64,000 bases of DNA, from NCBI GenBank assembly GCA_021323595.1, contig JAJPKR010000052.1, positions 28,359 through 92,358 on the forward strand, in the 5' to 3' direction. The position numbers and the translations under genes are program-made. The stretch comes from Terriglobia bacterium. Its GTDB lineage: Bacteria; Acidobacteriota; Terriglobia; Terriglobales; SCQP01. Shown one piece after another: positions 52,446-61,986 of this stretch (position 1 is the first letter of the stretch; each line of letters starts with the position of its first letter). Under the pieces are notes generated by a model. It was not told where the DNA came from. It saw nothing but the letters and a program-made list of their open reading frames with translations, and did no database searches.

Positions 52446-53738
52446 TTGCTCGCATCTCTTCTGCTATTGACGGCCTTGATTCCACCGCCGTCCGCGCCCC
52501 GTCAGGCGAAAAAGCCTGCGGCCGCGGCTGCGGCGGCCGCGAGCGCCTCGCCCGAGCAGCAAGCCGACGAACTCCAAAAGATCCTCGAGCAGGCCAATGG
52601 CGAGCCGGGCGCGCGCCTGCGCGGGCTCGAGCGCTTTCTCCGCAAGTACCCGCACACCGAAGCCGCCGACCAGATCTATCAATTGCTGATCAAGGATGCG
52701 ACCGCGCTCAACGACGATCGCCGCGTGCTGCTCTACAACGAGAAACTCTCCGAGCTCCATCCCGGCGATCTCGGCCAGCGCATCAAGGTGCTCAATCTGC
52801 TCCTGCTCAATCACGACGCCGCCAGCGTCGCCCAGGCCCGCTCCGACGCCGATGCCTTGCGCCGCCTCGTCGAGCGCAAGGCCGCCGAAACGCCGCCAGC
52901 CGAGATGAGCCGCGCGCGCTGGGACGTGGACATGAACCGCCTGCGCGCCCTCGCCGACATGTTCCAAGGCGCCGCCGCGCTCGAGGGCGGCGATCCCGCC
53001 CGCGCCGTCGAGCACTTTCAAGCCAGCCTGCGTCTCGAGCCCAACGAAGAAGCCGCCGAAAAACTCGGTGACGCCTGCCTGCAGTTGCATCAAACCGCCG
53101 CCGCCGTGGATGCCTACGCGCTCGCCTTATCGCTGCCCGGCGACACCATCGCCGAGCGCAGCGCCCTGCGCGCCAAGGCCGGCGCGCTCTACGCGCAGCT
53201 CCACCACGGCAGCCAGGCCGGCTTCGGCGATCTCATTCTCGCCAAGTTCGACCAAATCGCCGCCCAGGACGCCGCCGAGCAGCGCGCGCTGCACCCCTAC
53301 GAGCAAAAAACGCCGGTGGCCAGCTACGCCGACTACGTGCTGCGCTCGCTCGACGGCCGCGATCACCGCCTCGCCGATTACCGCGGCAAGATCGTGGTCG
53401 TGGATTTTTGGGCGACCTGGTGCGAACCCTGCCAAGTCGAGCACCCCATCTTCGAGCAGCTCAAGCGCCGCTATGCCGCCGATCCCCGCGTGGTCTTCGT
53501 CGCCGTCAACACCGCCGACGACGAGAGCCAAGTGAAGCCCTTTCTGGCCGCCCACCATTGGAACGATGACACCTGGCTCGACGCCGGCCTCGCCGACTAC
53601 CTCGGCATCGATTCCTTGCCGACGACGCTCGTCATCGCCCCCAGCGGCGCCATCGCCGCGCGCCTCGCCGGCTTCGACGAAGCCAGCTTCGCCTCCGATA
53701 TCGAGCGCGCCATCCGCGCGGCGGGCCACCGCGGCTAG
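52446..53738 (+). CDS. TPR-containing TlpA-family thiol-disulfide oxidoreductase
   Basis: Signal peptide, helical repeats, VVDFWATWCEPC, LPTT. Confidence 0.88.
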   Translation: MLASLLLLTALIPPPSAPRQAKKPAAAAAAAASASPEQQADELQKILEQANGEPGARLRGLERFLRKYPHTEAADQIYQLLIKDATALNDDRRVLLYNEKLSELHPGDLGQRIKVLNLLLLNHDAASVAQARSDADALRRLVERKAAETPPAEMSRARWDVDMNRLRALADMFQGAAALEGGDPARAVEHFQASLRLEPNEEAAEKLGDACLQLHQTAAAVDAYALALSLPGDTIAERSALRAKAGALYAQLHHGSQAGFGDLILAKFDQIAAQDAAEQRALHPYEQKTPVASYADYVLRSLDGRDHRLADYRGKIVVVDFWATWCEPCQVEHPIFEQLKRRYAADPRVVFVAVNTADDESQVKPFLAAHHWNDDTWLDAGLADYLGIDSLPTTLVIAPSGAIAARLAGFDEASFASDIERAIRAAGHRG

Positions 53739-53775
53739 CCGCCTCCGCGCCTGCGGCCGCCCGCCCGTTCCGCGT

Positions 53776-54036
53776 TCAAAACGATCGGGCGCGTTGCAGG
53801 TCGAGCGCTTCCACGCGCGTTTCGCCGGGGTTCAAAACGCCTTCTTGAAAGGGGAGCTTATGGCGGCGCAGCCAGGCTTGCACGATGTCGGCGAGCACGT
53901 GCTGGCCGCGGCCATGGATGACGCGCAGGCCCGCGTGCCTGCGCCGCGCTTGCCGCGCGCCCTCGAGCAATTTGCGTCCGACTTCGTCGTCCTCCGGACG
54001 CGACCCGTGGAGGTCTAAATCCAGATAGCGCGCCAC
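53776..54036 (-). CDS. Smr/MutS2-domain small protein
   Basis: LDLHG, RVIHGRG..VL...V..WL, NPG; TACACT 6 nt before the GTG. Confidence 0.8.
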   Translation of the reverse strand: MARYLDLDLHGSRPEDDEVGRKLLEGARQARRRHAGLRVIHGRGQHVLADIVQAWLRRHKLPFQEGVLNPGETRVEALDLQRARSF

Positions 54037-54085
54037 GCTCGCAGTGTAATCCGGCTGCCCCGCCGTTTGACGCTAGACTCGATTC

Positions 54086-54640
54086 ATGGCTCTGGCCGCG
54101 CCGGGTGCCGGCGACCCCGCTCCCGATTTTTCCCTTCCCGCCGCCGGCGGCGCCGTGCACCGCCTGGGCGAGTTAGTCGCCGAGCGTTCCCAAGCGCTCA
54201 TCTTTTACCGCGGCGCTTGGTGACCCTCCTGCCTCCGCCAGTTGGCGGAGTACGAGCGTGCGCGGCCGGCCTTCGAGGCCGCGGGCATGGGCCTGGTCGC
54301 CATCTCCACCGATCCCCTCGGGCGCGCGGCGGCGATGCGGCAAGAGCTCCGCTTGGGCTATCTCGTCTTGTGCGACACCCGCCGCGAGGCCGCGCGCGCC
54401 TGGGGTGTCCTCGATGAAAGCCGCTTCGGCGGCATCGCCACCCCGGCGACCTTCGTCGTGGATAGCGCCATGCAGGTCCGCTTCGCCTCGGTCGAATCGC
54501 GCAGCCGGCGCGTCGCCCCCGCCTCGCTCCTGGCGTGGCTCCGCCACGGCGCCGCCGATACTCCCGGCGCCCGCTCCCACGTCCCGCAATCGGCCGCCGA
54601 TCTCTGGCGCGCCTTCCGCCTCTGGCTAACTAAAAAGTAA
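54086..54640 (+). CDS. AhpC/TSA peroxiredoxin-like redoxin, probable selenoprotein (Sec at UGA 54221-54223)
   Basis: GDPAPDFSLP...LIFYRGAW-U-PSC-LRQLAEY...AISTD...PATFVVD is one continuous thioredoxin fold across the in-frame UGA; SECIS-like hairpin follows. Confidence 0.88.
54233..54250 (+). promoter_or_regulatory. bacterial SECIS-like hairpin
   Basis: CTCCGCC-AGTT-GGCGGAG; loop begins 16 nt after the UGA. Confidence 0.72.
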
Positions 54641-54671
54641 AAGGGGACAGCCTGATCTGTCCCCGTTTTCC
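54639..54671. repeat. REP-like palindromic element, copy 2
   Basis: AAAAGGGGACAG-CCTGAT-CTGTCCCC-GTTTTCC between convergent genes. Confidence 0.65.
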
Positions 54672-54677
54672 CGGCGC

Positions 54678-57644
54678 TCAGGCCGGCGGCAGCGCCCGCG
54701 CCAGCCCGAGATGCCTCCAATTCACCAGCGCGTTCAGCAGCAGCGCATAGCTGCCCTGCGTCTCGCCCCGCCAAACCGGATTGTTGGCGAAGAGCAAAAT
54801 GTGCCCGTCTCCCACCGGCACGTCGATCACTGCGGGATGGCCCGCCAGCGCCTCCCCGTCGGCTAGCTGCCCGCTATAAAGCAAGTCCTTGGCGTCGGCG
54901 AAGCGCAAGATCACGCGCGGCCGCAGCGCCTCCGGAATCAGATACGGCGAGTGCGTTTCCGCCAGCTCCGGCGAGAGGTACGGCGCCTGCCACGGCTTGG
55001 CCTGCGGCAGCTCCGGCGTCGGCACCAGCGGCCGCCCCTGCACCACGTCCGCCGATTGCGGCCCGTCGCCGGTGTCGCCGCGCCCGCTCGCCCGCGGCTC
55101 GTGCCCGCCGCCGAAGCCGCCGCGTTCGCTGTACCGCACCGCGAAGACCGGCCCGTTGTTGAAGTAGGTCGCGAGTTGCTTGCCGTAGCCATAGGCGACG
55201 GGGCTGTGCGTGTCGAGGAACTGCGTCTCGACCACCACGCCGCGCGCCCGCAAGCCGCCGGCGGGCGCCAGGCTCACGCCGTGCGTCAGCCCATATTCGA
55301 CCGCCAGCCGCGCCGTGTCCATCACCGTGATCAGCTCGCCGCCGGCTGCGACGAAGTGGCGCAAGTGCTCGAGCCCGGCGTACCCCATGCCGCCGCGCAT
55401 ATCCGCGGTGCTGGCGATGTGGCCGAGGTTGGGCGTCAGCGGCGTCGTCTCCCACGGCAGCGGCGGGTTCCAAGAGGGAATCCCCTGGAGAATCGCTGCC
55501 GGCGCCGCCCCCACCGGCGGAAACAAGATCACGTCGTACCGCGCGCGCAGATCGTCGTGGTCGCGAATGAAATGGTCGTCCACGTAATCGTAGGGAATCT
55601 GCAATTGGTCGAGCGCCAGCCGGTACCAGCCCGCGTCCTGCGTGGCCAGCCAGGTGTGCAGCAGCGCGATGCGCGGCCGCTCGAGCGCGTGCCGCGGCAC
55701 CGCCGGCGCCGCCGCCAGCCCCAGCGCCTTCACCCCTAGCGCGCGCGCCGCCGCGTCCAGCCGCGCCCGCGCCGCCGCCGGCACCAGCAGCGTGCCCGCG
55801 GCGAAGTCCCGCCCCGCCGCCCGGAACGGCGCCTCGGCGGCTTCGACCGTCACCCCGCCCAGCCGGTAGAGCAGCGCCGCCAGCGCCGGCTCGGCGTTGT
55901 TATCGACGGCATAGACCGCGCCCGTTCCGCTGGCGCCGCCCGGCGCCGTCACCGGCCCGCTGACCTTCTCCATCGGCTCGGCCAGGATCGCGGTATCGGT
56001 CACCCGCGCCGTCTCCACGTTGCGCAGCGGCCCTTGGCTCCAGCCCGAGTCGTCGTAAGGCCGCGGATCGCGCGGGCTGTAGTACTGCCGGTCGAGCAGC
56101 ATGTCCGCCATACGGCTGTACGGCTGGTCCATGCGGATGACGTAGCTGCCGGCGGGAAACGTCCGCGCCGCCGCCGCGCCCTTCGCGCCCGGCGCCGCGA
56201 CCCGCAGCGCCGCCGTCGCGCGCGACACCTCGATGCCTTGCGCCTCGAGCAGATTCAGCAGTTGCGCCTGCAGCGCCGGCCGCGGATCGTCGCCCGGCAG
56301 CACGTACGCCGCCGGCCCCTCGTTGCGCGCCTTCGCCAGCGCCCGCTCGCTCACCAGGAAGAAATTCCGCACGTACTGCTCGCGATGCCGCGCCATGTAG
56401 TCCAGGCTGATCAGCAGCGCGCTCTCTTGATAATTGGTGTTGTCGCGCTCCGACCACAGCGTCTTCGCCAGCGGCGGGTTCGTCCGCCACCAGGTGCGCG
56501 AGGTGTCGTTCGGACCGAGATACCGCATCCGCGTGTCGGCGCCGCCGTTGCCGAAAGTCTCGTAGAGCCGGCCGATGGCGTTGTGGTCGTTGGCGATGAA
56601 ATACAGATAGCTCGGGTCCCAGGTCGTGAACGTTCCGTACGTGTACACGCCGGGAAAGCCGCGCCGCGTCATCTCCTCGACGTTGTACCAGGCGATCTCA
56701 TGCCATTCCTGCGTGGTGATCGGATCGAGCCAGGCGTTGTAGGGCTCCGTGCCCACCGTGTTGTCGTACAAGTACGGCTCCGATTCGTGCAGATCGTGCA
56801 GCACCAGCGGATGGTATTCGAGGAACGTCCGCATCACCGCTTGCGTCAGCTTCAGCGACAGCCCCATGGCGTCGCGGTTGTTGTCGTGCGCCACGTAATG
56901 GCCCCAATAGACCAGCGGCGGCTCGGGCGAGTTCGGGTGCGCGCGATGCCAGTTGTAGACATCCACCATGCGGTCGTGGCCGTCCACCTCCGTCGTGGGC
57001 GTGATCAGCACGATCCACGTCTTGCGAATGCGCTGGTACATCGCGCTGTCATCCACCGCCAGCCGGTAGGCCAGTTCCATCAGCATCTCCGGGCTGCCGG
57101 TCTCCGGCGAGTGGATGCTGCCGGTGATCCAGTAGAACGGCACGTCCGCCGCGATCGCCTGCTGCGCCGCCGCCGGCATCGGCGCATGCCATTCCGCCTG
57201 CGTCGGATCCACGCCCAGCCGCCGCGGATCGGCGAGCTCGCCGTTGATCTTCTTGTATTCCTCCAGCCGCGCCAGGTTGCCGCGGCTCGAGATCGCCGCC
57301 ATCACGATCTCGCGCCCCTCCTCCGTGCGGCCGATCGTGAATAGCCGCACCCGCGGCGACGCCGCCGCCAGCGCGCGAAAGTACCGGTAGATGTCCTTCG
57401 AATACGTCAAATGCCCCTCGGCGCCCGCGATGTAGCCGAGCACCTGCAGCGGCGTCGGCACCGTCGCCGAGGCCGGCAGCGAAGAAACCAAGTCGCAGGT
57501 GAAATACGGCTCGGTCGTGAACTTGTGGATTTGCGCCGTGTAGGCCGCATCGCGCGGCTGCGGCGCCGGCGCCGGAGCTTGCGCTGCGGCCGGCAATAGC
57601 GTGAGAGTCAAGGCGGCGGCCAGCGCCGCCAGCGTGCTGCGCAT
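54678..57644 (-). CDS. M14 family zinc carboxypeptidase with C-terminal GATase-like domain
   Basis: Signal peptide, IGRTEEGR, SIHSPETG (HxxE), HDNNRD, HDLHE. Confidence 0.9.
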   Translation of the reverse strand: MRSTLAALAAALTLTLLPAAAQAPAPAPQPRDAAYTAQIHKFTTEPYFTCDLVSSLPASATVPTPLQVLGYIAGAEGHLTYSKDIYRYFRALAAASPRVRLFTIGRTEEGREIVMAAISSRGNLARLEEYKKINGELADPRRLGVDPTQAEWHAPMPAAAQQAIAADVPFYWITGSIHSPETGSPEMLMELAYRLAVDDSAMYQRIRKTWIVLITPTTEVDGHDRMVDVYNWHRAHPNSPEPPLVYWGHYVAHDNNRDAMGLSLKLTQAVMRTFLEYHPLVLHDLHESEPYLYDNTVGTEPYNAWLDPITTQEWHEIAWYNVEEMTRRGFPGVYTYGTFTTWDPSYLYFIANDHNAIGRLYETFGNGGADTRMRYLGPNDTSRTWWRTNPPLAKTLWSERDNTNYQESALLISLDYMARHREQYVRNFFLVSERALAKARNEGPAAYVLPGDDPRPALQAQLLNLLEAQGIEVSRATAALRVAAPGAKGAAAARTFPAGSYVIRMDQPYSRMADMLLDRQYYSPRDPRPYDDSGWSQGPLRNVETARVTDTAILAEPMEKVSGPVTAPGGASGTGAVYAVDNNAEPALAALLYRLGGVTVEAAEAPFRAAGRDFAAGTLLVPAAARARLDAAARALGVKALGLAAAPAVPRHALERPRIALLHTWLATQDAGWYRLALDQLQIPYDYVDDHFIRDHDDLRARYDVILFPPVGAAPAAILQGIPSWNPPLPWETTPLTPNLGHIASTADMRGGMGYAGLEHLRHFVAAGGELITVMDTARLAVEYGLTHGVSLAPAGGLRARGVVVETQFLDTHSPVAYGYGKQLATYFNNGPVFAVRYSERGGFGGGHEPRASGRGDTGDGPQSADVVQGRPLVPTPELPQAKPWQAPYLSPELAETHSPYLIPEALRPRVILRFADAKDLLYSGQLADGEALAGHPAVIDVPVGDGHILLFANNPVWRGETQGSYALLLNALVNWRHLGLARALPPA

Positions 57645-57761
57645 GACGAATTCCTCCCCGGAGAAAAGGCACTATATCAGGTCGTGCCGGCCGGAGACAC
57701 TCGGCGCCGCTTTCCCGCGGCCGGCTGCTCCCGCATGCGCACGTCGAATAAAATGATCTCC

Positions 57762-58955
57762 ATGCGGAGGCGCGCCTTCATCCTGCTCGCCGCGGCGCTC
57801 GCCTGCGCGCTGCCCCTGGCCGCCCAGCAAGGCGTCATCTTTCCCCCCGGCCGCATTCCCGCCCCGGAATTGCCGGCCGCCGGCCTCGATCGCACCGGCA
57901 CGGCTTGGCTCAACTCCCCGCCGCTGACGATGAAACAACTGCGCGGCCAGGTCGTGCTCATCGATTTCTGGGAATACACCTGCATCAACTGCATCCGCAC
58001 CCTCGCCACCAACAACGCCTGGTATGCGCGCTATCACAAGCTGGGCTTCACCATCATCGGCGTCCACGATCCCGAGTTCGACATCGCCTATCTCAGCGTC
58101 GCCGATGCCCGCCGCATGCTCAGCGACCCCGAAGCCGCCGCCGCGCGCACCTACGGCACCTCCCGCGAAAGCAACGTCGCCGCCGCCGTCCAGCGCTTCG
58201 GGCTGAAATACCCGATCGTCGTGGACGACCTCTTCTACATCTGGACCGCCTATGACAACAGCAGTTGGCCCAACCGCTTCTTGATTGATTCGCAGGGCTT
58301 CATCCGCTACAACGTCAACGGCGAAGGCGCCGACGCCTGGCTCGAAGGCAAGATTCGCGAGCTGCTGACCGCTGCCCATCCCGGCATCAAGCTGCCGCCT
58401 CCGGTCGTCACCACCGAAGACGACGCCTTCTCCCCCCGCTGCGGCATCACCACGCCGGAAATGTACATCGGCGATTGGCACGGCCGCGGCCGGCTCGCCA
58501 ACGCCGAAGGCTATCGCGACGGCCACACCGTCAACTACCGCTTGCCCTCCGCAGTCGCCGACGGCCGCGCCGCCGTCTCCGGCCCCTGGGAGTCCGACAT
58601 GAGCGGCATGATCTACCGCGGCCATCCCAAGCCCGGCGAGCTCGCCGACCGCCTGGAAATGCGCTATCACGCCCGCCAGCTCTACGGCGTCATCAACGTC
58701 GCCCATGGCCGCCCCGAGCGCGTCTATGTCATGCAGGACGGCCATTACCTCACCGCCGCGAATAAGGGCGAGGACGTCCATATTGATCCGCAAGGCCGCA
58801 GCTACGTTGACGTCTCCGATGCCCGCCTCTATTACCTCACCGCCAATCCCGTCTTCGGCGCGCACCTCTTCGCCTTCTTTCCAACCGCGCCCGGCTTCGA
58901 AGTGAATTCCTTCACCTTCGGCAACAACTGCCAGATCCAGTTCCCCCATCTCTAG
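57762..58955 (+). CDS. DipZ-like redoxin (thioredoxin domain plus C-terminal beta domain)
   Basis: WLNSPPL, IDFWEYTCINC, GVHDPEF, WP..FLID, TPEMYIG, YYL, FTFG. Confidence 0.88.
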   Translation: MRRRAFILLAAALACALPLAAQQGVIFPPGRIPAPELPAAGLDRTGTAWLNSPPLTMKQLRGQVVLIDFWEYTCINCIRTLATNNAWYARYHKLGFTIIGVHDPEFDIAYLSVADARRMLSDPEAAAARTYGTSRESNVAAAVQRFGLKYPIVVDDLFYIWTAYDNSSWPNRFLIDSQGFIRYNVNGEGADAWLEGKIRELLTAAHPGIKLPPPVVTTEDDAFSPRCGITTPEMYIGDWHGRGRLANAEGYRDGHTVNYRLPSAVADGRAAVSGPWESDMSGMIYRGHPKPGELADRLEMRYHARQLYGVINVAHGRPERVYVMQDGHYLTAANKGEDVHIDPQGRSYVDVSDARLYYLTANPVFGAHLFAFFPTAPGFEVNSFTFGNNCQIQFPHL

Positions 58956-59029
58956 CCCCGCCCGCCCCGTCCGCGCAGTCCCGGCCGCGGTCCGTCGCCG
59001 GCATCAGGGACCGCCGCTGCCCTCGCGCG

Positions 59030-59617
59030 TCAATTCGCCTGCGCCCCTGAACCGATCGCGCTTGCCTTCGGATACCCGCCCTGCCGCTTCACCTCCGCCA
59101 TCTGCTCGGCATGCCGCAGGCTGTGCGCGGCGATCGCCAACAGCCATTGGCAACCATCCAGCACCCCCGGGGTGCCCGGCCCGGTGAGAATGCGGTGCGG
59201 CATGCAGTGCGCACGCAGATCGCAGCCCGGCTGCCGCGCAAACTTCACCAGTGCTTCTCGCGCGGCTCGAAAACGCTCCAGCGCTTCCGCCGCGCTCATC
59301 TGCCCCTTGGGCTGAAAGACCTCCGGCGTTTCGAACCGCTGCAATCGCTGCGGCGCTTCCGCCCGGATGCGCTCGTCCAGCTCCGCCCGGGGATGATCCG
59401 GCGGCGGCGGCGGCGCGGCCGGCAGGGCGGGCAGGCGCTGGCGAAGGAAAAACTCCTCTACCGTCGCCACGTGCTCCATCACCTCCGCGATCGTCCACCG
59501 GCCGGCGCCGGCCCGAAATCCCAACTGCTCCGGCGTCAGCCCCGCCATCTCCTGCTCGACCCGCTCACGCGTGCGCATCATGTACTCCGCCACTGGTTCC
59601 TGTTCGATCTGACTCAT
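59030..59617 (-). CDS. DinB family protein
   Basis: WTIAEVMEHV, HSLRHAEQM. Confidence 0.88.
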   Translation of the reverse strand: MSQIEQEPVAEYMMRTRERVEQEMAGLTPEQLGFRAGAGRWTIAEVMEHVATVEEFFLRQRLPALPAAPPPPPDHPRAELDERIRAEAPQRLQRFETPEVFQPKGQMSAAEALERFRAAREALVKFARQPGCDLRAHCMPHRILTGPGTPGVLDGCQWLLAIAAHSLRHAEQMAEVKRQGGYPKASAIGSGAQAN

Positions 59618-59704
59618 TTCTTGCCCCCTAAGCATATTTCCCCGCACGGCGCCGGCCCGCACCGCCGCCGTCCGCCCCGGCCGCGCAGTTCCGGCCGCAG
59701 CCCG

Positions 59705-59917
59705 TCGGCGTCACGGGTAGCATCGCCGCCCTCGCCGCGTCAATGGCATAGGTCCCGCACCTGCCAGGCTCGGCGCCGAATTCGGCCGCGAGTTTCTACC
59801 GGCCCCCTTTCGGCGACCGGCCATGGGATTCGATCCTTGGTAATTGGGTTCATCGCGACACCGCACGGGAACATGACGCGAGCCTGTTCGCCGCCTCTGC
59901 CCACGGCACCCGCCGTC
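59705..59917 (-). ncRNA. structured non-coding RNA candidate (possibly 6S/SsrS)
   Basis: Nested long-range helices whose G-U pairs work only on the minus strand, a GAAA-tetraloop hairpin (59799-59820), extended -10 TGTTAGTGT at ~59924-59932, and a 3' segment TGGCAGGTGCGG recalled from some 6S RNAs; ends approximate. Confidence 0.5.
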
Positions 59918-60089
59918 GCTTCGACACTAACACCCGGCGGCTTGCCGCCAAGGCTAGGCTCGCTTCGCCGCCGGGACGACCACGGCCCTCGCCCGGCGAG
60001 CGGCCGCGTTTCCGCGGGGACCGGATCCCCAATCCCCAACGAAAAATCTGCAACACTCGAGGGCAGCGCCCGGTCTTCTAGGTATAGCG

Positions 60090-60662
60090 ATGGCTGCCGC
60101 CACCCTTTCCGCCTGCGCCCGCGAACTCAGCGCTCCTTGCGCGCGCGCCGGCGCTGCCGAGATGGCGGCGGCGGAAGCCGTGGCCGCCGCCGTGCGCCAG
60201 CATGGCCGCACGCTCTATCGCATCGCGTACTTGGTCCTGCGCGATGCCGCCGACGCCGAGGAGGTCGTGCAAGAATCGTTCTTGCGGGCGTGGCGGCAAG
60301 GCCCGCGCTGGCTCAAGGTTGAGCGTCCGCAAGCCTGGCTGGCGCGGGTGGCCTGGCGGCTGGCGCTCGATCGCAGCCGCCGGCGCCGCGCACCCAGTGT
60401 CGCGCCGCCGCTTGCGCTGGAATCGGTTGCCGCGGGGGTGGACGCCGAGCGGCAAGCGGCGGCGCGGCAGCAGCTCGCCCGCGTCCAAGCCTTGATCGCC
60501 GCCTTGCCCCGCCGCCTGCGCGCGCCGCTGCTGCTCTCCAGTCTCGAGGAACTCAATTCGCGCCAAATCGCCGCCATCCTCGGCGTGCCCGCCGTCACCG
60601 TCCGCAGCCGCCTGCAGCGCGCCCGCCGCATGCTGCGCCAGCGCCTGGAGAGAATGCGATGA
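60090..60662 (+). CDS. ECF RNA polymerase sigma factor
   Basis: LYRIAY..DAEEVVQESFLRAW, AWLARVA, IAAILGVPAVTVRSRLQRAR. Confidence 0.93.
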   Translation: MAAATLSACARELSAPCARAGAAEMAAAEAVAAAVRQHGRTLYRIAYLVLRDAADAEEVVQESFLRAWRQGPRWLKVERPQAWLARVAWRLALDRSRRRRAPSVAPPLALESVAAGVDAERQAAARQQLARVQALIAALPRRLRAPLLLSSLEELNSRQIAAILGVPAVTVRSRLQRARRMLRQRLERMR

Positions 60663-61213
60663 CGCCGCCCGAGCGCCCACTGCCCCCAGCGCCGTTGGAC
60701 CAAGAATTGCGCCAGGCCCTGCGCGCGCTCGCCGCCGAGCCGCCCGCCGGGTTCGAAGCGCGGCTGCTCGCGCGCCTGGCGGCGGTCCCGGCGCGCCGCC
60801 CCGGCGCCGCGTGGCTGCCGGCGTTGGCGGCCTGCGGCGCCCTCGCCCTCGCGTTCGCCGTCGCCTGGCGCGCCCGCCCGCCGCGCCCGGCCGTCGGCGC
60901 TCGCGCCGCCGCCCGTGTCTTCACCGTGCGCGCCGCGCCACCCCGGCTCCGCTACGCCGCCGCCTTACCTGCGCCGCGGCGCGCCGGCCGCCGCCTCCTC
61001 GCCACCCGCCTCCGCCGCGCCCGCCGCGCCCTCGCGCTCCGCGCCGCCGCCCGCCGCTTCCCCGCGCAGTTCCCCACGCCCACGCCGCCCAGTCCCTCCG
61101 AACTCGCCTTGCTGCGCTTTCTCCGCACCGCGCCGCCCGGCCTCGTCGCTCAGGCCTTCCAGCCGCTCGAGATCGCGCCGCTCTGGCCCGACAAAGGAGA
61201 TTCCCGACCATGA
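60659..61213 (+). CDS. putative anti-sigma factor (one TM segment)
   Basis: ATGA overlap with the sigma gene; EPPAGFEARLLARL, TM segment, QFPTPTPPS.E. Confidence 0.7.
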   Translation: MTPPERPLPPAPLDQELRQALRALAAEPPAGFEARLLARLAAVPARRPGAAWLPALAACGALALAFAVAWRARPPRPAVGARAAARVFTVRAAPPRLRYAAALPAPRRAGRRLLATRLRRARRALALRAAARRFPAQFPTPTPPSPSELALLRFLRTAPPGLVAQAFQPLEIAPLWPDKGDSRP

Positions 61214-61809
61214 CCCCGTCCCGCCCCGCGCCCTTCGCCCTCCGCGCCCTCGCGCTCCTCGCCGCCCTCAGCTGCGCCGTCGCCGCCCAGCAAGCCCCAT
61301 CCGTAGCCCCCGCGCCTTCCGCTCCGCCCGCCTACCGCCTCGAGTACGTCATCCGCGAGTACGATGGCGCCAAGCTCCTCAACCAGCGCCGGTACCAACT
61401 GTTGATCGCGGCGCCCGATCATGGAATCACCCGGGCGAATATTAGCGTCGGAGACAGAGTTCCTGTCTCCACGGGCCCGAACCAGTTCCAGTACGAAAAC
61501 GCCGGCGTCCAATTGCAGTGCGACCTGCGCGGGCCCGCCGTGCCAGGCGCGGTCCAAGTCTCCACCACCGTCACCTTAACCAGCCTTGTTGCCCCGGCGT
61601 CCAGCGCCAGCAGCGGCTCCGACGCCTCCAGCGCACTCCCCGGCGGCCCCAGCTCCTCCAACTCCCCCAGCGCCCCCGTTCTCCGCAACGCCAGCACCCA
61701 CGCCGATTCTCTCGTAACACCCAATAAACCGGCGATGCTCGCCAGCATCGACGACGTCTCCACAACGCATCGCTACGAAATTTGGCTCACCGCCGTCCCG
61801 CAGCCGTAA
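61210..61809 (+). CDS. secreted hypothetical protein of the ECF operon (secretin-C-terminus-like motif)
   Basis: AAAGGAG RBS; signal peptide; YRLEYVIRE, VGDRVPV..QFQYENAGV. Confidence 0.75.
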   Translation: MTPSRPAPFALRALALLAALSCAVAAQQAPSVAPAPSAPPAYRLEYVIREYDGAKLLNQRRYQLLIAAPDHGITRANISVGDRVPVSTGPNQFQYENAGVQLQCDLRGPAVPGAVQVSTTVTLTSLVAPASSASSGSDASSALPGGPSSSNSPSAPVLRNASTHADSLVTPNKPAMLASIDDVSTTHRYEIWLTAVPQP

Positions 61810-61870
61810 CCCTGCGCCGCATTCCGCGCGCGGCTTGCCTCCGTCCGCCGCCATCGCCCTCCGGGTCCAC

Positions 61871-61903
61871 AAAAAAAGGCGCCCCGTTTGCGCACAGGGC
61901 GCC
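61871..61903 (-). terminator. intrinsic terminator, U-tract on the minus strand
   Basis: Minus strand GGCGCCCTGT-GCGCAA-ACGGGGCGCC-TTTTTTT. Confidence 0.7.
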
Positions 61904-61986
61904 CAGGCAGTGATGATGTTAGAAGCGGTGATGCCGAGCGCCCGCTAGCCGTTGGCTGCCCGGCGCTTCCAGCCGCCCCTTAATTC

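Noticed and set aside
59822-59840. GGATCGAATCC as the T-arm of a tRNA (including tRNA-Sec)
   Set aside because: No acceptor stem, anticodon arm or CCA end can be built around it
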